Assembly: GCA_973895155.1 (NCBI GenBank) | Contig: OZ316891.1 | Coordinates: 24,675,899 to 24,739,898 of the forward strand | Reading direction: 5' to 3' | Origin: Marsupella aquatica | Taxonomy: Eukaryota > Plantae > Marchantiophyta | DNA length: 64,000 bases | In this document: piece after piece, positions 37,090-47,156 of the stretch | How the letters are laid out: each line of letters begins with the position of its first letter | How positions within the stretch are numbered: position 1 is the stretch's first letter | Translations under genes and position numbers: made by a program | The notes under the pieces: generated by a model | Database searches by the model: none | Told to the model about the DNA's origin: nothing | What the model saw: the letters and a program-made list of their open reading frames with translations, nothing else

Positions 37090-37182
37090 GCACTCTACAT
37101 ATCGTAGAGGGGAGACATGTGCGTATTCACCTAGGCAGGATACATCAGGACGTAGTACTAACCATTGCATTTATATGAGTAA

Positions 37183-40100
37183 ATGCCCGTCACTCGTTCT
37201 CAAGCAGCTTACTTGAGGAGATTGACCAGCGAACGAGAAAGTGCAACCACAACAAGCTCCAACTCGTCGGGCTCGGAGGACTCGCAATCGTCCCGACGTA
37301 TGAACATACCCCCGGGATCTTTGGGGTCCGGTTCGACCGGCCCTGCTGCGGTTCCACCACCACCACCACCACCACCACCACCACCACCACCTATGGCAGC
37401 CGCTCCACCGGTGGCCTGCGCTGCTCAGGCGCCTCCACAAATATCGCAACGATCGCGATTTCATTATCGACCTTTCAAAGGGCGTCATGGGGATGATCCG
37501 GATGAATGGTTGGATGAGTTTGAAGCCACTGCTAAAGCTAATGGGGAAGACGCCATTAAGCTAACCGTCCTCCCGGGAGTAATGCGGGGAGAAGCTCGTC
37601 CATGGTACAACTCGTTACCACCCGGGACTACCTGGGCACAATTCCAAGCTGCATTGCTGCAGGAGTTTTGTGCCATTGGATCAGAACAACGTTCTCTATT
37701 AAAGATTGGCCAGCTTCGCATGGGAAAAAAAGAGTCCCTGCGGAAGTTCATTCAGAAGTTTCAGAAACTTGCAGCCAAGATCCGGCCCAGGCCAGGAGAC
37801 GCGCTCCAGCTTACATGGTTCCTTCATGGTTTGCCCACGAATATGCAATTCTGGGTACGCCAGAATAATCCAATTTCAATGCAGGCGGCCATAGCGTGCG
37901 CCGAAACTTACCGGGAGTCCACCTATAACTCTCGGCGGAGCCAGCGAGCACGCCGCAGGAAGGGTAAGTACGAAACCTTCAGTGACAGTGACTCCGAATC
38001 GGACGACGAGAGGAAGAAGAAACGGAAGAAGAAGAAGAAGAAACATCGTTCGACCTCGTCCAGCTCCGAGACGGAATCCAGTTCGGATTCAGCTTCAAGC
38101 ATCGGATCCTCTACCTCCAGTTCATCAGGAAGTGACTTGGAGAGCGAAAGCCGGAGCAAAAAGAAGAAGAGACGAGTGAAGAAGGAGGGGAAGATTAAAC
38201 CCCGGGCGCGAAGAACGATACCAGATCCAAAGGCTGCCGAAGCAGACAAGCTGAACAAAATCACGGATCGACTCAAAGCACTGTCAGTACATCTTGCGGA
38301 GAAGCCGGTGGAGAAGAAGAAGCCATCTGAGATTCGAGCCTATGCGTGGTGTTCAAAGTGCTTCCAATCCGGCCATGTGGTGCAGGAATGCCCAAGGTGG
38401 AAGAACCGAGTTCACCAAGTAGAGCTGGATGATGTTGACAACCCGGGCCCCGAATCGGAGTCCACGGAGTATTTCTTTGAGGACCCTCCTGATTTCGTGT
38501 ACCAGATTTCAACGGTTGGTCCGCGTAATTTAGCGGGTAGAACTGCGTACCCCTACCCAAGTAATGGCCGGAGTTTCCAGGTTATCAGTAACCCGAGCAT
38601 CCCTCCTAAGCCAGGGATTTGGCGGTCCCCGGTTTGTTACAACTGTGAAAAGCCAGGACACTTTGCGAGGGAATGCACCGAACCAAGACGTCAGGGAGAT
38701 GGCCGAGGCACCCCACTATGTCAAGTTTGCAAAACGGAGGCTCATTCCACGGCCAACTGTCCGTTGGTAATCGCTGCTCGAACGAGTGCGGCTAGACCGG
38801 CCCAGGCTGGACCAGTCACGAGTGATGCAGTCGTCCAAATGATTGCTGTAGAATGGCAAGATGACAACACCGAGTGGGTGAATCTGGTGGACGTGGCGGA
38901 ACACCCTAATCCATTGGATGAGGCCGAGTGCTACCGAGTGTCGACAAGGGCCGAACGGAAGGAAGAAAAGACGGAGGAGAAACGGAGGAAAAAGCAAGAT
39001 ACTACTCCGGTGCAGCCAGCGATAAATATACCCCCGGAAAAGGACGATGACTACCGACGGGACGACCCGAAGCTATTTTTCCCCCGCATCGAAGAATTGG
39101 TAAAGAAACAGCTGGAGGCTTACGAAGCTCGGGAATACCAGAAGGCAATCGATAAGGACATCAAAGCAGCCGAGACAGCCCGGCGTCAGGAGCAAGAAAA
39201 GCAAGATAAACAAGAGGAAGCCAAGCAGCAGCCAACGAAAGAAACAAAGGAGGACTATGATATTAAGGAGGACGTGAAGAGTTGCCCGGTTACAGCGACG
39301 GTGGGGCAACTGCTGCAGAACAACCCACAGTACAGACGACAACTGAGGGAGTTGCTCATGGGTCGCCGAAGGAGAAGACTACCCCGAGTTGGGAGTGCGG
39401 ACTGCAACATGATATGCGAGGACCTTGGAGCGCCGGACATCTCGATCGAAATTAATAACTGTACCATCAAGATGGTCCTTGTAGACAGAGGAGCGGGAGT
39501 CAACATCATGACTGAAGAAACGTCAGTCAAGTTAGGATACCTCACGTATCAACCCACGGCCCGAGCTATCAGATTAGCAAACGGGGCAAGGGTCCTCCCA
39601 TTAGGCACGCTCACACGAGTGCTCACTCTGGTGGGAGGGGTAGAGTTCTATCTCAACTTCTTAGTCATGAGGCCGGTTCGTCCCTCCTCTTATCCGGTTC
39701 TTCTGGGCAGGCTGTGGCTGTACGGTGGCCGTGTAGTCACGGATTGGGGAAAGAAGGAGCTACGGTTCGGGGAACCCACCGTACGGGTATCCTGGGCAAT
39801 GGACGATTATCAGGGAGAAACCCCACAAGGACTCGAGGAATATGATTCGGAGACCTCGGAGGAAGAGGAACTCAATATGATCGAACTCATCTCGTCCCTA
39901 TCCGAGGAAGATGTCTTCGGAGTTGAAGCAACCCGAGAAACACATCTCCTAAATTACCCGAGGGCTGCCATTGAGTCCACCCCAAGTACATCTACTGTCG
40001 GGGATGAGGAAACGCACGAACAACTCGTCGAGACGGAGGACACGGCTCCAGCCAAGCAGGGAGCCGTGGCTACTCCTTCCATTTCAGAGCCTTGTAACCA

Positions 40101-43100
40101 TGAACCAGCCCAACAACCGCCTGAGGCCGAAAACTCGAGACCGAGACATAAAAAGCGAGTCTCATGGGATCCGTCCATTCCGCAATTGGAGGAAGTAAAC
40201 CCCATCCCGAGACCAATCCCGGTCCCACCCATGTACGGAGGGGTTCGGTTAGCTGAGCTTGACGCGAGCCTGGACCCGAGTCTGCGAAACCAGGTTGAAG
40301 TCATCAGGAAGGAGCACTACCGGAAGTACACTATTGGGATGGACAAATCTTTTAACCTGGGCCACGCTTTGACGGGGAAGGCTGAAAAAGCCATCCAAGC
40401 TTTGCTCAAGGAATATGAAGATGTGTTTGCATGGAGTCATCATGATTTAACAGGCGTCTCCCCCGAGTTGGGAGAACACACAATCGATCTGAACCTAGGA
40501 GCCCATGCGGTACGACAGCGACAACGTCGCATGAATCCGAGGTACTCCATCTTAGTGAAGGAGGAAATTGATCGTCTCCTCGCCGCCGATATCATTTACC
40601 CGGTAATGGCCAGCGACTGGGTCTCTCCCATTGTCATTGTACCAAAGAAGGGAGGTACGGATGGAAAACCTAAGATTCGTATCTGTCAGGACTACCGTAA
40701 GCTGAATGACGCAACCCGAAAAGACCATTACCCATTACCATTCACGGATATGGTTCTAGATATGGTGGCCCGAAATGAAATCTATACATTTCTTGACGGG
40801 TATTCAGGTTATAACCAAATCTGGATTCGTCTCGCGGATCAGCTCAAAACAACGTTCACTACGGAGTGGGGAACGTTCGCATTTCGGAGGATGCCTTTTG
40901 GTCTGTGTAACGCCCCGGCTATGTTTCAGCGCCTTATGATGAATATCTTCCACGATTTCCTACGAGAATTTTTGGAGATATTTATCGATGACTTTGCCAT
41001 CTTCGGAACCGTTGCCATGCACCCCGAACACCTACGACGAATGTTGCAACGATGCCGAGATGTTAACCTCAAACTACATCCCGCCAAATGCTTCTTCGGG
41101 GTAGAGGAGGGGGTGTTACTCGGGCATCGTGTGTCCAAACGGGGCATTGAGGTGGACCAAGAGAAAGTTGCGGCCTGGATGGCGGTGGTGTTCCCCTTGG
41201 ATCAAAAAGCAGTACGATCCTTCTTGGGCTGCGTAGGGTATTACCGCCGGTTCATTAAAGACTTTGCTAAAATTGCGTTGCCCTTAACTGAGATGATGAA
41301 GAACGACGCAGCGGTCGAGGAAACACCCCGGAGACGGATTGCTTTTGAGGAACTCCGTAAACGACTCACCACCGCGCCTATCATGGTCACCCCAGACTGG
41401 AATAAGGAGTTCCACGTGTATGTCGATGTGTCAGGGTTCTGTATCGGATCCGTACTTAGTCAGCTAGATGAGGATGGACGTGATCACCCCATCTATTTCG
41501 CTAGCCGTCAACTATTTGCAGCCGAAAAGAATTATTCCCCCACTGATCGAGAAGCTTTGGGAATAATCTACTCGTGTAAAAAGTTCCGACACTATCTGCT
41601 AGGCTACAAGGTCATTTTCCACACGGATCATGATAGCCTGAAGTACATGGTCAACAAAGCGGATGTGACAGGACGGATAGCCCGGTGGGTGCTACTTCTC
41701 CAGGAATTTAATTACGAAGTTCAGGTTCGGCCAGGAAGGGTACACCTCAATGCCGATTTCTTTTCACGACTGGACGGCGTACCAGTCGATCAGCCAATTG
41801 ATGATATTTTTCCGGATGAGGAGTTGTTCCACGTAGGGGAAGGGACACCAACGTGGTACGGCTCAATAATCACCTTCCTTTTAACGGGCCGCATCCCTGA
41901 CGGCATCAATCAGGAGGCCGCCGCTGTGTTTTTACGAAAAGCCGGGCCTTACGTCATGATACAGGGTCACCTACATAAGGAAGGTATTAACGGAAAGTTA
42001 CGACGCTGCTTAGAGTATAAGGAGACACTTATCGTGATACGGGCCCTGCATGAAGAAGAAGCTGGAGGCCATTTCGCGGCAGTTACGACAACCCGAAAGA
42101 TTCTGGACTCGGGGTATTGGTGGCCTACGTTGCATCGGGATGTACAGCGCTTCATTAAGGGCTGTGACTTGTGTCAGCGAGCGGGGGCCCCGAGGCGGGC
42201 TCATCATCACCCGCTCACATCTGTGCTTCCATTGGCACCATTCAAAAAATGGGGAATTGATTATATCGGACCGTTCACTCCCGTTACCCGAAGGCGAAGG
42301 TGCAGGTACATCCTATTAGCTATTGATTACTCCACCAAATGGGTCGAAGCGCGGGCTACGGTAAAGGACGATGCCGCAACCAGTGCCAGATTCTTATACG
42401 AACAGATTTTCACCCGATTCGGACCGCCCTTAGAATTGGTAAGCGACCGTGGAACCCACTTCCTCAATGACACCGTAGCCCAGCTTACGGAGCGTTACCT
42501 AGTCAAGCACCGCAAGACTACCCCATATCATCCTAAAGCCAACGGGATGGCGGAGAGAGCAAATGGTATCATTGGGAAGATCCTCAACAAAACTGTAGCT
42601 GCGCACAAAACGGATTGGGATGATAAGTTGTACGCGGCGGTGTACTCGTATAATCTAGCTTACAAAACTACTACGAGTCATAGCCCGTACTTTCTGGTGT
42701 TCGGCCAACATTCGTTGGTGCCCGTCGAATTTGAAGTGCACACTCCACGGGTCAGCATTCGGGATCGCTTACCTGAATCTGAAAGTCTGTCAGACCGAGC
42801 TTATCAGATTGAAGCCTTGGAAGAAGCACGGCTACTGGCAGCTCGACACACCGTGAAGAAACAAGCAACTTCGAAGAAGCAGCACGACAAAGGACTACGG
42901 AGGGTCGACGTCGTGGCAGGCGATCTAGTCCTTCTGTACGATAGTAGGTACATGCAGTTTCCAGGGAAGCTGCATACCCGGTGGTTGGGGCCCTTCCTTG
43001 TCAATCAGATCTACCGAAACGGATCTTTGGAGCTTGCGACGTATGCCGGCGATTTACTCCCCACGCGAATCAGCTACGATCGTGTAAAAAAGTACCACCA

Positions 43101-43194
43101 TCAAGATGACGACGCCGATAGCGATGTTCGCGAGGACGCTTCACAATTAAGCAGGGAGCTATGTGACGCCGCCGGTACGGCGGTTAATGAGTGA
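37183..43194 (+). CDS. gag-pol: Gag-Pol polyprotein, single ORF of 2003 aa
   Basis: DPDEWLDEF; three CCHC knuckles; protease LVDRGAG; RT FIDDF; RH; integrase HHCC plus DDE; GPF motif; reads 33 nt into the 3' LTR. Confidence 0.96.
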   Translation: MPVTRSQAAYLRRLTSERESATTTSSNSSGSEDSQSSRRMNIPPGSLGSGSTGPAAVPPPPPPPPPPPPPMAAAPPVACAAQAPPQISQRSRFHYRPFKGRHGDDPDEWLDEFEATAKANGEDAIKLTVLPGVMRGEARPWYNSLPPGTTWAQFQAALLQEFCAIGSEQRSLLKIGQLRMGKKESLRKFIQKFQKLAAKIRPRPGDALQLTWFLHGLPTNMQFWVRQNNPISMQAAIACAETYRESTYNSRRSQRARRRKGKYETFSDSDSESDDERKKKRKKKKKKHRSTSSSSETESSSDSASSIGSSTSSSSGSDLESESRSKKKKRRVKKEGKIKPRARRTIPDPKAAEADKLNKITDRLKALSVHLAEKPVEKKKPSEIRAYAWCSKCFQSGHVVQECPRWKNRVHQVELDDVDNPGPESESTEYFFEDPPDFVYQISTVGPRNLAGRTAYPYPSNGRSFQVISNPSIPPKPGIWRSPVCYNCEKPGHFARECTEPRRQGDGRGTPLCQVCKTEAHSTANCPLVIAARTSAARPAQAGPVTSDAVVQMIAVEWQDDNTEWVNLVDVAEHPNPLDEAECYRVSTRAERKEEKTEEKRRKKQDTTPVQPAINIPPEKDDDYRRDDPKLFFPRIEELVKKQLEAYEAREYQKAIDKDIKAAETARRQEQEKQDKQEEAKQQPTKETKEDYDIKEDVKSCPVTATVGQLLQNNPQYRRQLRELLMGRRRRRLPRVGSADCNMICEDLGAPDISIEINNCTIKMVLVDRGAGVNIMTEETSVKLGYLTYQPTARAIRLANGARVLPLGTLTRVLTLVGGVEFYLNFLVMRPVRPSSYPVLLGRLWLYGGRVVTDWGKKELRFGEPTVRVSWAMDDYQGETPQGLEEYDSETSEEEELNMIELISSLSEEDVFGVEATRETHLLNYPRAAIESTPSTSTVGDEETHEQLVETEDTAPAKQGAVATPSISEPCNHEPAQQPPEAENSRPRHKKRVSWDPSIPQLEEVNPIPRPIPVPPMYGGVRLAELDASLDPSLRNQVEVIRKEHYRKYTIGMDKSFNLGHALTGKAEKAIQALLKEYEDVFAWSHHDLTGVSPELGEHTIDLNLGAHAVRQRQRRMNPRYSILVKEEIDRLLAADIIYPVMASDWVSPIVIVPKKGGTDGKPKIRICQDYRKLNDATRKDHYPLPFTDMVLDMVARNEIYTFLDGYSGYNQIWIRLADQLKTTFTTEWGTFAFRRMPFGLCNAPAMFQRLMMNIFHDFLREFLEIFIDDFAIFGTVAMHPEHLRRMLQRCRDVNLKLHPAKCFFGVEEGVLLGHRVSKRGIEVDQEKVAAWMAVVFPLDQKAVRSFLGCVGYYRRFIKDFAKIALPLTEMMKNDAAVEETPRRRIAFEELRKRLTTAPIMVTPDWNKEFHVYVDVSGFCIGSVLSQLDEDGRDHPIYFASRQLFAAEKNYSPTDREALGIIYSCKKFRHYLLGYKVIFHTDHDSLKYMVNKADVTGRIARWVLLLQEFNYEVQVRPGRVHLNADFFSRLDGVPVDQPIDDIFPDEELFHVGEGTPTWYGSIITFLLTGRIPDGINQEAAAVFLRKAGPYVMIQGHLHKEGINGKLRRCLEYKETLIVIRALHEEEAGGHFAAVTTTRKILDSGYWWPTLHRDVQRFIKGCDLCQRAGAPRRAHHHPLTSVLPLAPFKKWGIDYIGPFTPVTRRRRCRYILLAIDYSTKWVEARATVKDDAATSARFLYEQIFTRFGPPLELVSDRGTHFLNDTVAQLTERYLVKHRKTTPYHPKANGMAERANGIIGKILNKTVAAHKTDWDDKLYAAVYSYNLAYKTTTSHSPYFLVFGQHSLVPVEFEVHTPRVSIRDRLPESESLSDRAYQIEALEEARLLAARHTVKKQATSKKQHDKGLRRVDVVAGDLVLLYDSRYMQFPGKLHTRWLGPFLVNQIYRNGSLELATYAGDLLPTRISYDRVKKYHHQDDDADSDVREDASQLSRELCDAAGTAVNE

Positions 43195-46100
43195 TTCAGT
43201 CTAACTGCGCTCGGCACGCGCGTTAGGTGGGTCTTAGGCCGCTATTATTAGCATAACGACAGTATTTAGGTAATCATTAGGGGTAGGACATCATTAGGCA
43301 ATAAGGGGGACTTCAGGTTCGGGCTGGCGGCGGGTCGCTATTCGCACACCCGGGTTATGAGCATGGAGGGGCCCCTCCCTCGGGTCCGTATAACGAACTT
43401 AAGGAAGCGGCCACTGACACACGCTGACTCAGACCGGCGCAGTGGCCGGTACACCACAAGCGTGAGCGGTTCAACCTATGGGCGTCGAGGAGACGTCGGG
43501 GATCGACAAGCCCTCAAAGTATAAAAGGGGAGCCAACCCTTTGTAGTGCACCAGTCCATCAGTCCGCGCGCCAGCTTCCACCCCAGCTCTCTCGTTCTCT
43601 CTAGGTCGCCACTACTATCTCCTCTGAATGTCGCACGCGATCCTCTCCAGCTCGGCCATTCAATTCTGGACGCAGTTCCTATCTACCGGAAGGCACTTGG
43701 CTGATTCATTGAAACACGCCAACCCGCGCCGATACGAGATCGAACGCGAATACGAGAGAGCCATCCGCCTAGCAGGACGACACCACTACGTCCTTAACTC
43801 AGAGCGAGCTTTACCGACCAGCTGAGGTATCTGGGTACTTCTTTGACGGAGACAAATATATCGGGTTCTGGGAAGCATTGCTTCGGCTTCCGGACGAGGT
43901 CTTCAATATCCCGGGTACAATCGACCTGCAGCGACATCACTTCGACCACATCCCTGCCCAGGTTCGGGCAGTCATTAACGGCGAGTCCAATACCAACCGT
44001 TCGACAAGGGCGTCCGCACTCGCTTCGGAGAACTTCTACCAGCACCTACAGAGCTTCATGGGAACTCGGCCATCAACCAACATGACCAACTCAGCCGGAC
44101 CCGTACCCGTACCCGTACCCGTGCCCATGCAACCTCAGCTTCAGCTTCAGCCTCAGCCGCAGCCTAGCCAAACCCCACCACCTATCACCCAGCCAGCACA
44201 GGTACGCTCCGTCATCAACGCTGTGGATCTTAGCGATGACGACGAGGCTACCCCACCCTTGACCAGGCGGCCCAGAGGAACAAGCGCTCGGGGGGCCGAC
44301 ACTATATCGTCCCCACCCCCTGCTCTGACCCCAGGAGCGGCCCCAGCAGACAACATGGTGACCGTGGCCGCCCCGGGCCCGTTACCAACCGCAGTGGCAC
44401 TCCCCAGGCCCGATCGGGAGGATGGGGAAGTATCACCTTCCCCGAGTCAGTCACGGGGAAAGAAGAGGAAGGAATCCGCCAGTGCATCCGGGTTACCGTT
44501 GGCCACGGTAGCCGTAGCCAAGGTAACGATGCATCGCATGGGGGAAAACGTTCACAGCAACATCCTCCATCCCAAGCATGCGGTGTACCTGAAGACTCAG
44601 GGATTTGAGCACCTCGCCTCTCTCCCCTGGAACACTTGCAGGTACTACGGGGAGGACATGACAGAATTCGTCAAGAATTATGACGACGTACGTCAACAGA
44701 CTCGACTGCGGGGAAGGAATATGTCCCTCACAGAAGAACGGCTCAAGATGATCTTCGGGTTACCCGAAGGTGACCATCGAGTCGAATCACGGGCTCCCGG
44801 GGGCAAGGGGGCCAAGTACCAATCTTCAAGTTTTCCCTCAGAGGGATCAGTAGACAACGGGTTCGTGATGAGGACCTGCCTCATGCCCGAGATAGCTGAG
44901 CGGCTGGAGTTCCAGAGGTACGCTCTCCACATGATGGAACCCCGGGGGGAGATCTCCGCCGCCCAGGTCATCCAGGTCGAGAACTATCGACCTAGGAAGT
45001 GGGCGTCGTACTTCGCTAAGAAATTCCATGAAGAGATGGAGCGGCGAAGGAAGACGCTGTACATTGGCGGGAAGGCGTATTTCGCTAGCCACATCGAAAT
45101 CATTCTTGAGTGGTACGCCCGGTTTGATCGACGAACCCTTCCCCGCATCAACGTTACAAAGCTGGTCCCAGCTAGGTGGGTTTTTCCGGCATTGGAGAGA
45201 CGGCCCCAACCCGAGGCCCGAAGTCCAGTGGACACGCCAGCTTCACCCACCCCACCTCCACAAATAGCTGTAATCGTAACCGAGGAGGCGCCGGAGGGGT
45301 CGGTCGTCGCAACCGTTGATGCGACCCAACTAGCCGGGCTAAGTACAGAAGTTGGTACGGCAGAGGTCTTACCCGAACCCGGGTCTCCCAAGGACCCGCC
45401 GGTGGCAATTTCGGAGAACCGGACATCGCTGCAGGAGGATACTCCGGCCCCTTCCAACGTTATGTCCCCAGGGCTGGACGTCACTGCCGCGGCCCCTGCG
45501 CGTGTTGATGTCTGCCCGTGCCCAAATCCGGACAGGCACAACTTGGACCACCCGGAACTCTTCGTACAGGGTACGTTTCTGAACGGGCTTCTGGGAGATT
45601 TCTCTCATCAAATTGCCCGGGATACCGGGGAGTTCATGGCTCGGAAGGTAGCCTGTTTCTTCAATCAGGAGTTGGTTGCCGCCGTAAAGGCAGGGCGGGC
45701 CCAGTCGGAGGCCCTTCAGAGGATAGAGCGGTACCGGGTGGAGTCCGTGTACCTAAAGAACGAAGTGGCGGCTCAAGAGGCTGAGCTTCTGTAACTACGA
45801 CCCAAGGTTGCAGCTGCCGATGAGTTGTTAGCAAAGGCGTACGCTCTTACCGCCCTAGCCGAACAGGCCAAAGCTGGGAACGAGGCCGAGATTACACGAC
45901 TCCAGAACCAGATTGACAGTTTGAAGAAACAAGCTGTCACCTGGCAGAAAGACCTGGAGGAGGCCGAGGAGCGAGCCCAGCGGGACGCGACGGAGATAGC
46001 CACGCTGCAGGCCGAGATGGCGCGGCTCCAAACCGAGGCCGAGAAGCAGGACCAGCTGGCGAGTAAACTGGCGAGCGACGCCCAGCAGCTGGAGGAGGCA

Positions 46101-47156
46101 TGTCAGGAGGCAGCAGAGGAGACGGACGCGGCGAGGCGAGAGAACGAATCTCTGCTGGACCAGGTCCAGCTCCTCAAAGCGGACAATGACAGGCTTCGAA
46201 GGCAGCGGGATGGCTGTTCCCATTCGGGCGGCTCTGGCAAGCGTGCCAGGCATTAGCGGCGGAGTAGGAATAGATTAGGATTAGGATTGGCTTAGTCAGG
46301 CTCTTGGGACAGGCACCTGCCTTAGGTACGGCAGTGCTGCCCTGCTGTCCAGCCTGCGTAGATTAGGATCTTCTAATAAGACACAGCCGTTTTCCGGCCT
46401 GACTGTCAGCTTAGTTAGGACCTTGGTCAGCGAATCTTCGGCGGGAGGACACCCCGTTCCTCGGCTCTTAGTATTTAGTGCACCCCTCGGTAGAGGCAGG
46501 GGGGGTTTTTTAGTTTCAGAGTCGGACATCCGCGGGACATGCGGGGAGTCCCGACCTCTGGGAATGACAGAGTACCAAGGGGAGGGGGTAGGACTAAGCT
46601 TGCCGGGCGAGTGCGGAGCCGGGCTCCGTTGTAGTGTGCACCCTTGGCCTTGAACCTGTGCATTCCAGGGTTGTCGTGTCAACTAAGTGTACGCATATGT
46701 TCCCTTTGTAGTAAAAATCCTTTCCCATCATTTTTCCTTCGTGTAAATCGAGATTGTATGCATGTGTGCGCATATGTGTGTGGGTTTCTCGTATATGGGT
46801 GGCAGCGCCGGGCCGAACGCACTACCCGAGACGTGCACAGGGTGCAGCCTGCGGGTAAGTGGTTGCGAGCACGGGTTGAGGACCTGTATCATCGAATCCG
46901 GATCGAAGGCGGACAGCACGAAGGCTTAGAAGCCCTTAAGCCGGGGTCGATCCTGCTATCGACTAGGGTACGTTCCGGCGGCGGAACACAAACCATACCT
47001 AGGAGGTGTCCGTATTTAGCAGTATGCGCACTTAGCGCTAGTTTACGAGAATGAGGTGCATTACGTGCTTCCCTTCCTGCCCGAACCCTCAGATTTACGA
47101 GGGATGTGCCCGTCTAAGCTGAAGTCTGAGTTAAGGCCGAAGCCTACGACGTGACA
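43162..47156 (+). repeat. Family B 3' LTR, 3995 bp
   Basis: Copy of the 5' LTR with a 14-nt deletion near 43799 and scattered transitions. Confidence 0.96.
43628..46256 (+). pseudogene. Family B LTR ORF, 3' copy (14-nt deletion frameshift and one TAA)
   Basis: ORFs 43628-43825, 43878-45794 and 45825-46256; TAA 45792 is CAA in the 5' LTR. Confidence 0.88.

Larger units (their letters stand above)
33051..47156 (+). mobile_element. Complete family B Ty3/gypsy LTR retrotransposon, 14106 bp
   Basis: TG...CA termini, two near-identical LTRs, TSD ACCAT (33046-33050 and 47157-47161), PBS, PPT, open gag-pol. Confidence 0.97.

Noticed and set aside
37171-37488. Poly-Trp and poly-Val minus-strand ORFs
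   Set aside because: Antisense shadows of the (CCA)n poly-Pro tract in gag
33051-47156. Assembly duplication explaining the 4-kb direct repeats
   Set aside because: The repeats differ by many transitions and an indel and have TG/CA ends, PBS, PPT and a TSD, as true LTRs do
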